Positions 18,178 to 26,283 of a stretch of DNA of 26,485 nucleotides are shown here, piece by piece. The notes under the pieces are model-generated. The model was not told where the DNA came from. It ran no database searches and saw only the letters and a program-made list of their open reading frames with translations. The DNA is from Verrucomicrobiota bacterium (GTDB taxonomy: Bacteria > Verrucomicrobiota > Verrucomicrobiia > Limisphaerales > JAFMIX01), in contig JBJOPC010000339.1 in NCBI GenBank assembly GCA_046050965.1, positions 1-26,485 of the forward strand, written 5' to 3'. The translations under genes were made by a program, and so were the position numbers. The stretch's first letter is position 1, and every line of letters begins with the position of its first letter.

Positions 18178-20142
18178 ATGGAAAATAAAACTAACTGGTT
18201 CAAGCGTATCTTCATCGGGCAAGCGCGCAGCCTCACCGAGAAAAATTTGTTCCACAAAATCTCTCTTGTCGCCGTGCTCGCGTGGGTCGGGCTGGGCGCG
18301 GATGGATTGTCGTCGTCATGCTATGGCCCGGAGGAAACGTTCAAGGCGTTGGGCGCGCACATCGCGCTCGCACCATTCATCGCGCTCGCGTGCGTGGCGA
18401 CCATCGCCATCATCTGCGTAAGTTACGCGCAGATCATCGAATTGTTTCCGGGCGGCGGCGGCGGTTATCTCGTCGCGAGCAAGCTGCTCTCGCCGTCGGC
18501 AGGCGTGGTCTCGGGCTGCGCGCTGCTGGTGGATTACGTGCTGACCATCGCTATCTCCATTGCGAGCGGGGCAGACGCCTTGTTCTCGCTGCTACCGGTG
18601 GCGTGGCAACCGTGGAAACTTCCATTCGCGCTGGCGGGAACGGCGTTGCTCACGCTGCTCAACTTGCGCGGCGTGAAAGAATCCGTGCTGCTGTGGTCCC
18701 CGATATTTTTTCTGTTCATCGCCACGCACGGGTTCGGAATTCTTTACGCTATCAGCACGCACTTTGGCACGATGCCGGAAATCTTTTCGCAGACTACTGC
18801 CGGCGTGAGCGCGGCGCACTCGCAACTCGGCTGGCTTGGCGTGCTGCTTTTATTATTGCGCGCTTACAGTGTAGGTGCGGGCACTTACACGGGCATCGAG
18901 GCAGTGAGCAACGGCCTACCAATCTTGCGCGAGCCGCGCGCGACCACCGGCAAACGCACGATGCTCTACATGGGCGCATCACTCGCGCTGACGGTCGGCG
19001 GTTTGCTCGCGGCTTACTTGTTGTTCCACGTCGCGCCGCAGGACGGCAAGACTTTGAACGCCGTGTTGTTCGAGCAGATGACGAGTGCGTGGCCGAGTTG
19101 GTTGAGTAAAGGTTTTATTTCCGCCGCCATGATTTCCGCGTCGGCGTTGCTATTCATCGCGGCGCAAGCGGGCTTCCTCGACGGCCCACGCGTGTTGGCA
19201 AACATGGCGCTCGACCGCTGGTTTCCCACACGCTTCGCAACCTTGAGCGACCGCTTCGTGGCGCAGAACGGGATTTTGCTCATGGGCGGGGCGGCGTTGC
19301 TGGTGTTGCTCGGCACACGCGGTGCGGTGGGGTTGCTCGTGGTGCTTTACAGCATCAACGTCTTCATCACGTTCTCGCTTTCGCAGCTCGGCATGGTGCG
19401 GCACTGGTGGCAAGAACGCGCCGTGAACCCGCGCTGGTTGCGCAAGCTCGCCATCAACGTCGTTGGCCTCGCGCTAACCAGCTTCATCCTCGTGACGCTG
19501 ACAGTGGAAAAGTTTTTTGAAGGCGGCTGGGTGACGCTGCTTGTCACCGCCATTTTTGTCGGCGCGGCGTTTCTCATCCGGCGGCATTACGACCAAACCA
19601 AGCGCGACCTCGCGCGGTTGGATTCGCTCATGCCGGTGTTCGCCGATGAAAATTCTGTGGCAACAAATCCATCAGCCTGCGATGCGAACGCCAAGACTGC
19701 CGTCGTGTTCGTGAACGGTTTCAACGGACTCGGCGTTCACACCGTGCTCGCGATCGTGCGGATGTTTCCCGGCGTGTTCCGCAATTTCGTGTTTGTCCAT
19801 GTGGGCGTGGTGGACGCTGGAAATTTCAAAGGCGCAAGTGAATTGGAAAACCTCCGCGCCCACATCGCGACCGAATCAGGCCACTATGTGGCGTCCATGC
19901 AGCGGCGCGGTTTTTACGCAGAGGCCATCACCGAAGCCAGCACTGACGTGGTGGAAACGGCGAGCCGACAGGCGACGGCGTTGGCGCGGCGCTTTCCGCA
20001 GGCGATGTTCTTCAGCGGCCAGCTCGTCTTCGCAAAAGACTCACGGCTGACGCGGCTGCTGCATAACTTCGCGGTGTTCGCCTTGCAGCGGGAATTCTTC
20101 CGCCAAGGGCTGGCCTTTTTGATTCTGCCCATTCGAGTGTGA
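18178..20142 (+). CDS. kimA: KimA-family K+ transporter (APC superfamily) with C-terminal cytoplasmic domain
   Basis: Strong recollection-based similarity to B. subtilis KimA (YdaO). KRIFIGQARSL matches KRFLIGKPLKS. SYAQIIELFPGGGGGYLVASK...LLVDYVLTIAISIASGADAL matches SYRQIIYAYPQGGGAYIVSK...LLVDYILTVAVSISAGTDAI. LLNLRGVKES and TGIEAVSNGLP are also shared. Confidence 0.75.
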   Translation: MENKTNWFKRIFIGQARSLTEKNLFHKISLVAVLAWVGLGADGLSSSCYGPEETFKALGAHIALAPFIALACVATIAIICVSYAQIIELFPGGGGGYLVASKLLSPSAGVVSGCALLVDYVLTIAISIASGADALFSLLPVAWQPWKLPFALAGTALLTLLNLRGVKESVLLWSPIFFLFIATHGFGILYAISTHFGTMPEIFSQTTAGVSAAHSQLGWLGVLLLLLRAYSVGAGTYTGIEAVSNGLPILREPRATTGKRTMLYMGASLALTVGGLLAAYLLFHVAPQDGKTLNAVLFEQMTSAWPSWLSKGFISAAMISASALLFIAAQAGFLDGPRVLANMALDRWFPTRFATLSDRFVAQNGILLMGGAALLVLLGTRGAVGLLVVLYSINVFITFSLSQLGMVRHWWQERAVNPRWLRKLAINVVGLALTSFILVTLTVEKFFEGGWVTLLVTAIFVGAAFLIRRHYDQTKRDLARLDSLMPVFADENSVATNPSACDANAKTAVVFVNGFNGLGVHTVLAIVRMFPGVFRNFVFVHVGVVDAGNFKGASELENLRAHIATESGHYVASMQRRGFYAEAITEASTDVVETASRQATALARRFPQAMFFSGQLVFAKDSRLTRLLHNFAVFALQREFFRQGLAFLILPIRV

Positions 20143-20231
20143 GCCGCGAGCTTTCAACTCGACTTTGCGCGGGCAAAACCTGACAGTTTGCCCGGCTGTT
20201 GCGGAACACCAGCCACGAACGAAAACCGCAA

Positions 20232-21329
20232 ATGACCAAGGAACTTTCTATTTTCGCCACGCGTCTCCGCGACGCCATCGCCTCCGGCTTTCGCCCGGAA
20301 AATTTCCCCGCGCTCGCGCTCGAACTCTTCACGCTGCAATTCCAGCACAACCTCGCCTATCAAAAAATCTGCCGCGCCCGCAGCCTCACGCCTGCGAACG
20401 TGACCGACTGGACGCAGGTTCCCGCCGTGCCGACCTCCGCGTTCAAGGAACTCGAACTGACCGCGCTCGCGCTATCCGAGCGCACCGCCGTTTTCCACTC
20501 CAGCGGCACGACCGAACAAAAACCCAGCCGCCATTTCCACAACGCCGACTCGCTCGCCCTCTACGAAAAATCTTTGTGGGCGGCGTTTGACCAAATCTTT
20601 CAACTTTCAACTTTCAACTTTCAACTTTGCGTTCTGACGCCACCAGCGAATCAAGTCCCCCACTCCTCGCTCGTGCATATGTTTGAGGTCGTGCGAAAAA
20701 AACTCGCGCAGCCGCCAGAAGTTTTCCTCGGTCACCTCGCCGACGACGGAACGTGGCAACTTGATTTCCCCGCCGCGCTCGCCGCCTTGTCCTCCAACTC
20801 AAAACTCAAAACTCAAAACTCAAAACTAATTCTCGGCACCGCTTTTTCCTTCGTTCACCTCCTCGACTTCCTCGCAGAAAAAAATCTGCGCCTCGCGCTC
20901 CCGCCCGGCTCGCGCGTGCTGGAAACCGGCGGCTACAAAAACCGTTCGCGCTCGATGCCCAAGCCCGAGTTGCACGCGCTCATAGCCGACCGCCTTGGCG
21001 TTGCCCGCGAAAACATCGTCTGCGAATACGGCATGAGCGAGTTGAGTTCGCAAGCGTATGAAACGAGAATTCAGAATTCAGAATCCAGAATCCAGAATCG
21101 TGCGTTCCAATTTCCACCATGGGCAAGAGCGCAGATTGTTTCGCCCGAAACTGGCCGCGCTGTGGCCGATGGCGAAACGGGTTTGCTCCGCCTCTGCGAT
21201 TTGGCGAATGTGTTTTCCGTGCAAGCCATCCAAACCGAAGACCTCGCCATTCGACGTGGCGAAGGTTTTGAACTCCTTGGCCGCGCGCAACTCGCCGAGC
21301 CGCGCGGTTGCTCGCTCATGACCGCGTAA
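20232..21329 (+). CDS. luxE: LuxE-family acyl-protein synthetase homolog (adenylate-forming); alternative start 20199
   Basis: Motifs align with Vibrio LuxE. FHSSGTTEQK matches FTSSGTNGLK. LETGGYKN matches ITGGGWKS. PPWARAQIVSPETGRAVADGETGLL matches [25 protein letters not shown]. The C-terminal PRGCSLM matches QKGCALSL. Confidence 0.75.
   Translation: MTKELSIFATRLRDAIASGFRPENFPALALELFTLQFQHNLAYQKICRARSLTPANVTDWTQVPAVPTSAFKELELTALALSERTAVFHSSGTTEQKPSRHFHNADSLALYEKSLWAAFDQIFQLSTFNFQLCVLTPPANQVPHSSLVHMFEVVRKKLAQPPEVFLGHLADDGTWQLDFPAALAALSSNSKLKTQNSKLILGTAFSFVHLLDFLAEKNLRLALPPGSRVLETGGYKNRSRSMPKPELHALIADRLGVARENIVCEYGMSELSSQAYETRIQNSESRIQNRAFQFPPWARAQIVSPETGRAVADGETGLLRLCDLANVFSVQAIQTEDLAIRRGEGFELLGRAQLAEPRGCSLMTA
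20597..20628. repeat. Intragenic heptanucleotide tandem repeat (CTTTCAA)x4.6
   Basis: ctttcaa ctttcaa ctttcaa ctttcaa cttt, perfect, inside the luxE-like coding sequence (encodes IFQLSTFNFQL). Confidence 0.9.
20808..20838. repeat. Intragenic heptanucleotide tandem repeat (CTCAAAA)x4.4
   Basis: ctcaaaa x4 then cta, perfect, inside the luxE-like coding sequence (encodes NSKLKTQNSKL). Confidence 0.9.
21065..21099. repeat. Intragenic heptanucleotide tandem repeat (CAGAATY)x5
   Basis: gagaatt cagaatt cagaatc cagaatc cagaatc, inside the luxE-like coding sequence (encodes ETRIQNSESRIQNR). Confidence 0.9.
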
Positions 21330-21330
21330 A

Positions 21331-22035
21331 ATGAAACGTCGCGCCATCATTTACACCGCGCTAGTGCTGCTCCTCGCGGCAACGGGCTGGTTCGTGAAAC
21401 GCCAGCTTTACGCCGACGCTTGGACGATTGAAGAACGGCTCGCACAATTTGGACCGACGTCGCGCGCGCGGCTCCAAACTTGGTTCGCTCAAGCGGGGCT
21501 GACTTACCCGCCCGCGCAACTGATGTTCGTGGGACTCAAAGCCGAACGCCTTCTGCAAATCTACGCGCCCGCTTCCGATGGTCGCTGGCGGTTCGTCCAC
21601 GCCTGCGCAATTCTCGGCGCGAGCGGCGTCGCCGGCCCGAAGTTGCGCGAGGGTGATTTCCAAGTGCCAGAGGGCATCTACGCCATTGACCTGCTGAACC
21701 CGAATAGCCGCTACCAAATTTCCATGCAGGTCAGCTACCCAAACACCTTCGACCGGGAACACGCCGCCGCCGAAGGTCGGCGGGAACTCGGCGGCGAAAT
21801 CATGATTCACGGCGGCCACACCTCGGCGGGTTGCCTCGCCGTCGGCGATGAAGCTTCGGCGGATTTGTTCGTGCTCGCCGCAGACACAGGTTTGTCCAAC
21901 ATCACGGTCGTGCTCGCGCCCGTGGATTTCCGCGCTGGCAAATCCGTGACGAACGCCATGCCCGCGTGGACGCCCGCGCTCTACGACCAAATCAAAATGC
22001 GCCTAACCGAGCTGCCGCTGCCGCCAAATAATTAA
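21331..22035 (+). CDS. YafK/DpaA-family L,D-transpeptidase-like protein (YkuD catalytic domain), N-terminal signal/anchor
   Basis: Recollection-based alignment to E. coli YafK. GPKLREGDFQVPEGIYAI matches GPKQRQGDFKSPEGFYSV. NSRYQISMQVSYPNTFDREH matches DSRYYKAINIGFPNAYDRAH. The catalytic IMIHGGHTSAGCLAV matches LMIHGDCVSIGCYAM. The start is 1 nt after the luxE-like stop. Confidence 0.7.
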   Translation: MKRRAIIYTALVLLLAATGWFVKRQLYADAWTIEERLAQFGPTSRARLQTWFAQAGLTYPPAQLMFVGLKAERLLQIYAPASDGRWRFVHACAILGASGVAGPKLREGDFQVPEGIYAIDLLNPNSRYQISMQVSYPNTFDREHAAAEGRRELGGEIMIHGGHTSAGCLAVGDEASADLFVLAADTGLSNITVVLAPVDFRAGKSVTNAMPAWTPALYDQIKMRLTELPLPPNN

Positions 22036-22172
22036 CCACCGATGCACACAGATAAACACAGATGCCCAGGCCGCGGATTGCAACGATTTGCTCGGTTTCA
22101 ATCCGTGTTAATCCGTGAAATCCGGCTCAAAAAGTTTTTCCCCATCTGTGTTCATCTGTGTCCATCTGTGGC
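22036..22172. mobile_element. MITE-like palindromic element, copy C (137 bp, more degenerate arms: CCACCGATGCACACAGATAAACACAGATG ... CATCTGTGTTCATCTGTGTCCATCTGTGGC)
   Basis: It begins immediately after the TAA stop of the yafK-like gene and ends 9 nt before the MFS ATG. There are three CAGATG-type words per arm at 10-bp spacing. Confidence 0.5.
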
Positions 22173-22181
22173 AAAAAAAAT

Positions 22182-23471
22182 ATGAGCGCCACCGCTCAAC
22201 ACAAGACCCGCACGCTTTGGCTGCTCGGCGCGCTGCACACGTTCACGCATATTTACAACGTCGCGTTGCTGCCGCTTTACCTGCTCATCCAGCGCGACCT
22301 TCACCTCGCGGGCGTCGGCCAAGCCACGTCGCTCGTCACCGTGCTGATGCTTTCGTATTTCGTGCCGAGCTACTGGATGGGAATTCTCGCGGACAAATTC
22401 AGCCGCAAAAAGCTCCTCGCGTTTGGCCTCGCGCTCAACGGCGCGGCGTTCGTCGCGCTCGCGTTCGCGCCGAACTACGCGTGGGCCGTGGCCGCGTGTG
22501 CGGCGGCTGGATTGGGCGGAAGTTTTTATCATCCGCCCGCCACGGCGATGATCGCGCGGCTGTTCCCGGAAAATACCGGACGCGCGTTCGGCCTCGTGGG
22601 TATCGGCGCGGGACTGGGATTTTGCATCGGCCCACTCTTCAGCGGTTGGCGCGCGGGGATGCTCGAAGCGGCGCACGGCGCGGCAGCGTGGCGCGAACCG
22701 GTTTTGGAACTAGGAATTCTTGGCGTGGCGATGGCCGCGCTGTTCGCATGGCTGGCGGATGAAGAAAAAGTGCTGCCGACTTGCAGTCGGCAGGCGTCAG
22801 CCACGGTCGCACCCGAACTGCCGACTGCAAGTCGGCAGCGCGTTGAAAAACTTTTTCCGACGAAAACGCTCTACGCCTTTTTCTTCGCCGCCGCGTTTGC
22901 ATTTGGCTTGCGCGATTTCGCGGGTGCAGCGATGGGCAGCCTTGGCTCGTTGTTCCTGCAAAAGGCGCGCGGGTTCAGCACGGCGGACGCGGGCATTGCG
23001 CTCGCTTGTCTAAACCTCGTGAGCGCCATCGGCAATCCGCTGTTCGGTCGCTTCAGCGACGGCGGACGCAAACGCTGGCTCGCCGCGCTGCTCGTGTTGT
23101 CCGCGCTGCTCGTCGCCGTATTCCCGCACGCGCCGGTGCGCGCGACGATTCCGCTGCTCGCGGCATATGGCTTTTTCTTCATGCCCACGTTTCCCGTCGT
23201 CGAAGCGTTGCTCATGCAGTCCGTGCCGGACGCCGTGCGCGGACGCATCTACGGGATGTTCATCACCGTCGGCGGACTCGTCGGGCAACTCGCGCATTGG
23301 CTCGCCGGCGAAGCGGTGAAGCGCATGGGCGATGGCGCGCAGCATACCGAAAATTATTTCCCGCTCTACGCCACGCTCGCCGCGCTGCTGCTGCTCACCA
23401 CGCTCGGCCTGCCGTGCTTGAACGCCATCGCCAAACGTGAGCAATCGGCAATCGGCAATCCTAAATCGTAA
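22182..23471 (+). CDS. MFS transporter
   Basis: About 430 aa and 12 predicted TM segments, with a generic MFS pattern. The start is placed at ATG 22182 (MSATAQHK). The longer supplied ORF start at 22158 lies inside the palindromic element. Confidence 0.7.
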   Translation: MSATAQHKTRTLWLLGALHTFTHIYNVALLPLYLLIQRDLHLAGVGQATSLVTVLMLSYFVPSYWMGILADKFSRKKLLAFGLALNGAAFVALAFAPNYAWAVAACAAAGLGGSFYHPPATAMIARLFPENTGRAFGLVGIGAGLGFCIGPLFSGWRAGMLEAAHGAAAWREPVLELGILGVAMAALFAWLADEEKVLPTCSRQASATVAPELPTASRQRVEKLFPTKTLYAFFFAAAFAFGLRDFAGAAMGSLGSLFLQKARGFSTADAGIALACLNLVSAIGNPLFGRFSDGGRKRWLAALLVLSALLVAVFPHAPVRATIPLLAAYGFFFMPTFPVVEALLMQSVPDAVRGRIYGMFITVGGLVGQLAHWLAGEAVKRMGDGAQHTENYFPLYATLAALLLLTTLGLPCLNAIAKREQSAIGNPKS

Positions 23472-23476
23472 ATCTC
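23442..23476. repeat. Heptanucleotide periodic repeat (CAATCGG CAATCGG CAATCCT AAATCGT AAATCTC) spanning the MFS stop codon and abutting the luxC-like ATG
   Basis: Read directly. It encodes the MFS C-terminus ...SAIGNPKS and the 5-nt intergenic spacer. Confidence 0.7.
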
Positions 23477-24832
23477 ATGCATTTGCCCAACCATTTTCTC
23501 GCCGACGCGCCCGACGTTCCCGTGACGACGGAAATTCTCATCGAGACGTGCCGCAACCTGCGCCGCAACCGCGAGCGTTACCTTGTCGTGCAGAAAACGG
23601 AATCCCTCGTCGCCTTGCTATGCGAAGTGGCAAGCGAATGGCGTCATCCGGAAAATAAATTCCGCAAGCTCGCGCTCGCCGACGGTCCGGCGGCTACCGG
23701 CTTTTCCCGCGCCACGCTTGAGCGTGGATTGGACGGCTTGTTCGCGCAGTTCACCCCGGAGAATTTCCACGCGCTGCTCGTCCAAGAATTCGGCGACGCC
23801 GCGCGTCTAGACAAGTTCACGCGCGCCGACGGCGACGCGAAGTCCGCCATGGTCGTTACGCCGGAACTGCTCGTGCACGTCTGCGCGGGCAACCTGCCGA
23901 ACCCCGCCATCATGAGCCTCGCGTTCGGTTTGCTGCTACGCTCGGCGCAGTTCGTGAAGTGCGCGAGCGGCGCAAGCTGGCTGCCGCGCTTGTTCGCGCA
24001 CTCGCTGCATGAGGCCGACCCGCATCTCGGTCGCTGTTTTGAAATCGCCGAGTGGCGCGGCGGTGAAACGGCGTTGGAAGAATACATTTTTGCTGAAGCC
24101 GATTGCGTCACGGCCACGGGCGGCGACGAGGCGTTGGCGGCGATTCGCGCCCGCGTTCCCGTTGCGAAAAAGTTTGTGGGCTACGGGCATCGGTTGAGTT
24201 TTGGTTTCATCAGCGGCGAGCAATTGACCGAAGCCGACGCGCCGCAACTCGCCGCCCGCGCAGCGGACGACGTAACTGCGTGGAATCAGCAAGGTTGTTT
24301 GTCCCCGCACGTTTTTTACATCGAAGACAAGGGCGCGGTGTCGGCGGAAAAATTCGCCGCGTTGCTCGCCGCCGAGTTGGAACGGCGCGAAACCACCGAG
24401 CCGCGTGGCGAAATTTCCGTGACTGAAGCCGCGACCATCGCCACGCGCCGCGAGATTTACGAAATTCGCGCCGCGTCCGCGCCCGAAGCCACGCGCATCT
24501 GGCACAGCGCTGGTTCGACGGCTTGGACGGTGGTGTTCGAGAGCGAACCACGGTTTCAGGCGTCGTGCTTGAACCGGTTTGTTTATGTCAAAGCGGTGGG
24601 CGCGTTCGCGGAAGTTTTGCCGGCAGTGGATGAATTGCGCGGCAAGGTTTCGACCGTGGGCGTGGCGGCGAACGCGAGCAAGCTGCCCGCGCTCGCGCTG
24701 CAACTTGCGCGCTGGGGCGTCACGCGGATTTGCCCGCTCGGCCAGATGCAAAACCCGCCGCTCGCGTGGCGGCACGACGGGCGACCGGCGCTCAACGAAC
24801 TCGTCACTTGGACTGACTGGGAAACCATTTAG
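23477..24832 (+). CDS. luxC: LuxC-family acyl-CoA reductase homolog (aldehyde-dehydrogenase-like)
   Basis: 451 aa. VCAGNLPNPAIMSLAFGLLLRSAQFVKCASG resembles the LuxC ...LAGNVP...IIKTSS region. Candidate catalytic Cys in WNQQGCLSP. Stop TAG 24830-24832. Confidence 0.7.
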   Translation: MHLPNHFLADAPDVPVTTEILIETCRNLRRNRERYLVVQKTESLVALLCEVASEWRHPENKFRKLALADGPAATGFSRATLERGLDGLFAQFTPENFHALLVQEFGDAARLDKFTRADGDAKSAMVVTPELLVHVCAGNLPNPAIMSLAFGLLLRSAQFVKCASGASWLPRLFAHSLHEADPHLGRCFEIAEWRGGETALEEYIFAEADCVTATGGDEALAAIRARVPVAKKFVGYGHRLSFGFISGEQLTEADAPQLAARAADDVTAWNQQGCLSPHVFYIEDKGAVSAEKFAALLAAELERRETTEPRGEISVTEAATIATRREIYEIRAASAPEATRIWHSAGSTAWTVVFESEPRFQASCLNRFVYVKAVGAFAEVLPAVDELRGKVSTVGVAANASKLPALALQLARWGVTRICPLGQMQNPPLAWRHDGRPALNELVTWTDWETI

Positions 24833-24971
24833 CCACAGATGAAACACGGATTGAACACAGATGAAAACGACCTCCGCAGATGACACAGCTTCACGCAGAT
24901 TAAATTCAATCGGCGAAAATCTGTGTCATCTGCGGACAAAATCCGTGTTTCATCCGTGTTCAATCCGTGGC
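24832..24971. mobile_element. MITE-like palindromic element, copy D (140 bp; TIR GCCACAGATGAAACACGGATTGAACACAGATG / CATCCGTGTTCAATCCGTGGC) with TA/TTA flanks
   Basis: The first G completes the TAG stop of the luxC-like gene. The element ends 10 nt before the queD ATG. The central part cgcagatgacacag...ctgtgtcatctgcgg is itself a palindrome. Confidence 0.55.
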
Positions 24972-24981
24972 TTAAAAAATT

Positions 24982-25347
24982 ATGAAAATGGAACTACGAA
25001 AATCGTTTCAGTTTGAGGCGGCACATCTGTTGCCGAAATTACCGAAAGCGCACAAGTGCCGTCGGCTGCACGGCCACAGCTTCAAGGTGGAGATTGCCGT
25101 CACCGGCGAGTGCGACCCGGAGCTGGGTTGGGTGATGGACTATGCGGACATCAAAGCGGCGTTCAAACCGCTCTGGGAAAAACTCGATCACCGCTACCTC
25201 AACGAAGTCGCGGGCTTGGAAAATCCCACGAGCGAAGCCGTGGCGGTGTGGATTTGGCGCAAGCTTAAGCCGAAGCTGCCGTTGCTCACGGAAGTCGTCG
25301 TGGCCGAGACCTGCACCGCGCGCGCGGTGTATCGCGGGGAGCCTTGA
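24982..25347 (+). CDS. queD: 6-carboxy-5,6,7,8-tetrahydropterin synthase (6-pyruvoyl-tetrahydropterin synthase family)
   Basis: 121 aa. Zinc-binding C-x3-HGH motif (CRRLHGHSF). Conserved EAAHLLP near the N-terminus and LNEV... in the second half. Confidence 0.8.
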   Translation: MKMELRKSFQFEAAHLLPKLPKAHKCRRLHGHSFKVEIAVTGECDPELGWVMDYADIKAAFKPLWEKLDHRYLNEVAGLENPTSEAVAVWIWRKLKPKLPLLTEVVVAETCTARAVYRGEP

Positions 25348-25368
25348 GAGGAAAAAGGTAATTCACGC

Positions 25369-25812
25369 TTACCGCAACTTTGCCAGTGCTTCCGCAATTT
25401 TGCCTTGTTGATGCAGCTCCACGGCATCCCATTTTTGGAGCGGGCTGATAACCGCTCGTTCCTCCCGCGTCATCGCATCCATCACCCGCTCAATCGCCAC
25501 CTTGGATGCCGTCATCGGGTCGCTCAAACGATTGCCGCGCGCGTCAAACAGGGGCTTTGTCCTCGTGGCGCGCCTTTTACTGCGCGTATCTGATTTATAG
25601 AAACCATGCCCTGCCTGTCCATTGATTGGCGTATAGCCACCCATTATGGCTCGCATGGAGCCGTGCATTTTAGGAGGTCCGACCGGTGTATTTCGCTTCT
25701 TGCCCATGAGTTTCAAAAAAATCCCAAGCCCCGCGAACATTCTTTTACCATCGCTCCCTTGGGTGTTTTTATTTTCATAAAGTTGTCCCTCCACTAAAGC
25801 GGAGGCTGTCAA
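25369..25812 (-). CDS. hypothetical protein (basic, about 147 aa; family not recognised); start may be internal
   Basis: ORF only. It sits in a lower-GC stretch, 9 nt downstream of the HAD-like gene on the same strand. Confidence 0.35.
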   Translation of the reverse strand: MTASALVEGQLYENKNTQGSDGKRMFAGLGIFLKLMGKKRNTPVGPPKMHGSMRAIMGGYTPINGQAGHGFYKSDTRSKRRATRTKPLFDARGNRLSDPMTASKVAIERVMDAMTREERAVISPLQKWDAVELHQQGKIAEALAKLR

Positions 25813-25821
25813 GTGGAGGCA

Positions 25822-26283
25822 TCACTTTGCAGCAAAATGCCGAATCACCCGGTCGGCGATTTCCTTGGTGAGACCGAGCGCGGGGTCACAAGCAAAAACG
25901 GATTGCTTGGGGATTTTTTCCAAGATGGGTTTCACTTCGTCATCAATCGCGGCGTAGCGGCGAATTTTGTGTTGGGGCGCAAGGCGCGGGGCGTCGTCAA
26001 GCCATTGGCGGATTTCATCGCCGCGCCGGTCGAGCTTGATGTCCGGGGTGCGGCCAATGACGCGTTTCACCGGCAGGTCATGCTGATTCCAAAGCCAGCC
26101 AAGCACGAAGAAGGTAAAACCCGTGCGCCATGTTGTGGAAAAAACGACATGGATTTCTGGCCGAGCATCCAGAATTCGCCGAAGTTGCGCCACCGCCTCC
26201 GGGTCGAAAACGTGTGGATAGTTGGTGTCGTTTATGGGATTCAGCACCCCATCTATGTCGAGGAAGATAACGTCGAGTTGCAT
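25822..26283 (-). CDS. Small HAD-superfamily phosphatase-like protein
   Basis: Supplied ORF is 25822..26415. I start it at the internal Met (26283) directly preceding motif I VIFLDIDGVLNP. Motif II is VVFSTTW and the C-terminal acidic motif is AAIDDE. The region is lower-GC. Confidence 0.45.
   Translation of the reverse strand: MQLDVIFLDIDGVLNPINDTNYPHVFDPEAVAQLRRILDARPEIHVVFSTTWRTGFTFFVLGWLWNQHDLPVKRVIGRTPDIKLDRRGDEIRQWLDDAPRLAPQHKIRRYAAIDDEVKPILEKIPKQSVFACDPALGLTKEIADRVIRHFAAK

Noticed and set aside
22158-22181. Longer N-terminus for the MFS transporter (MSICGKKN...)
   Set aside because: It lies inside the palindromic repeat element. ATG 22182 gives a typical MFS N-terminus. Unverified without orthologue comparison.
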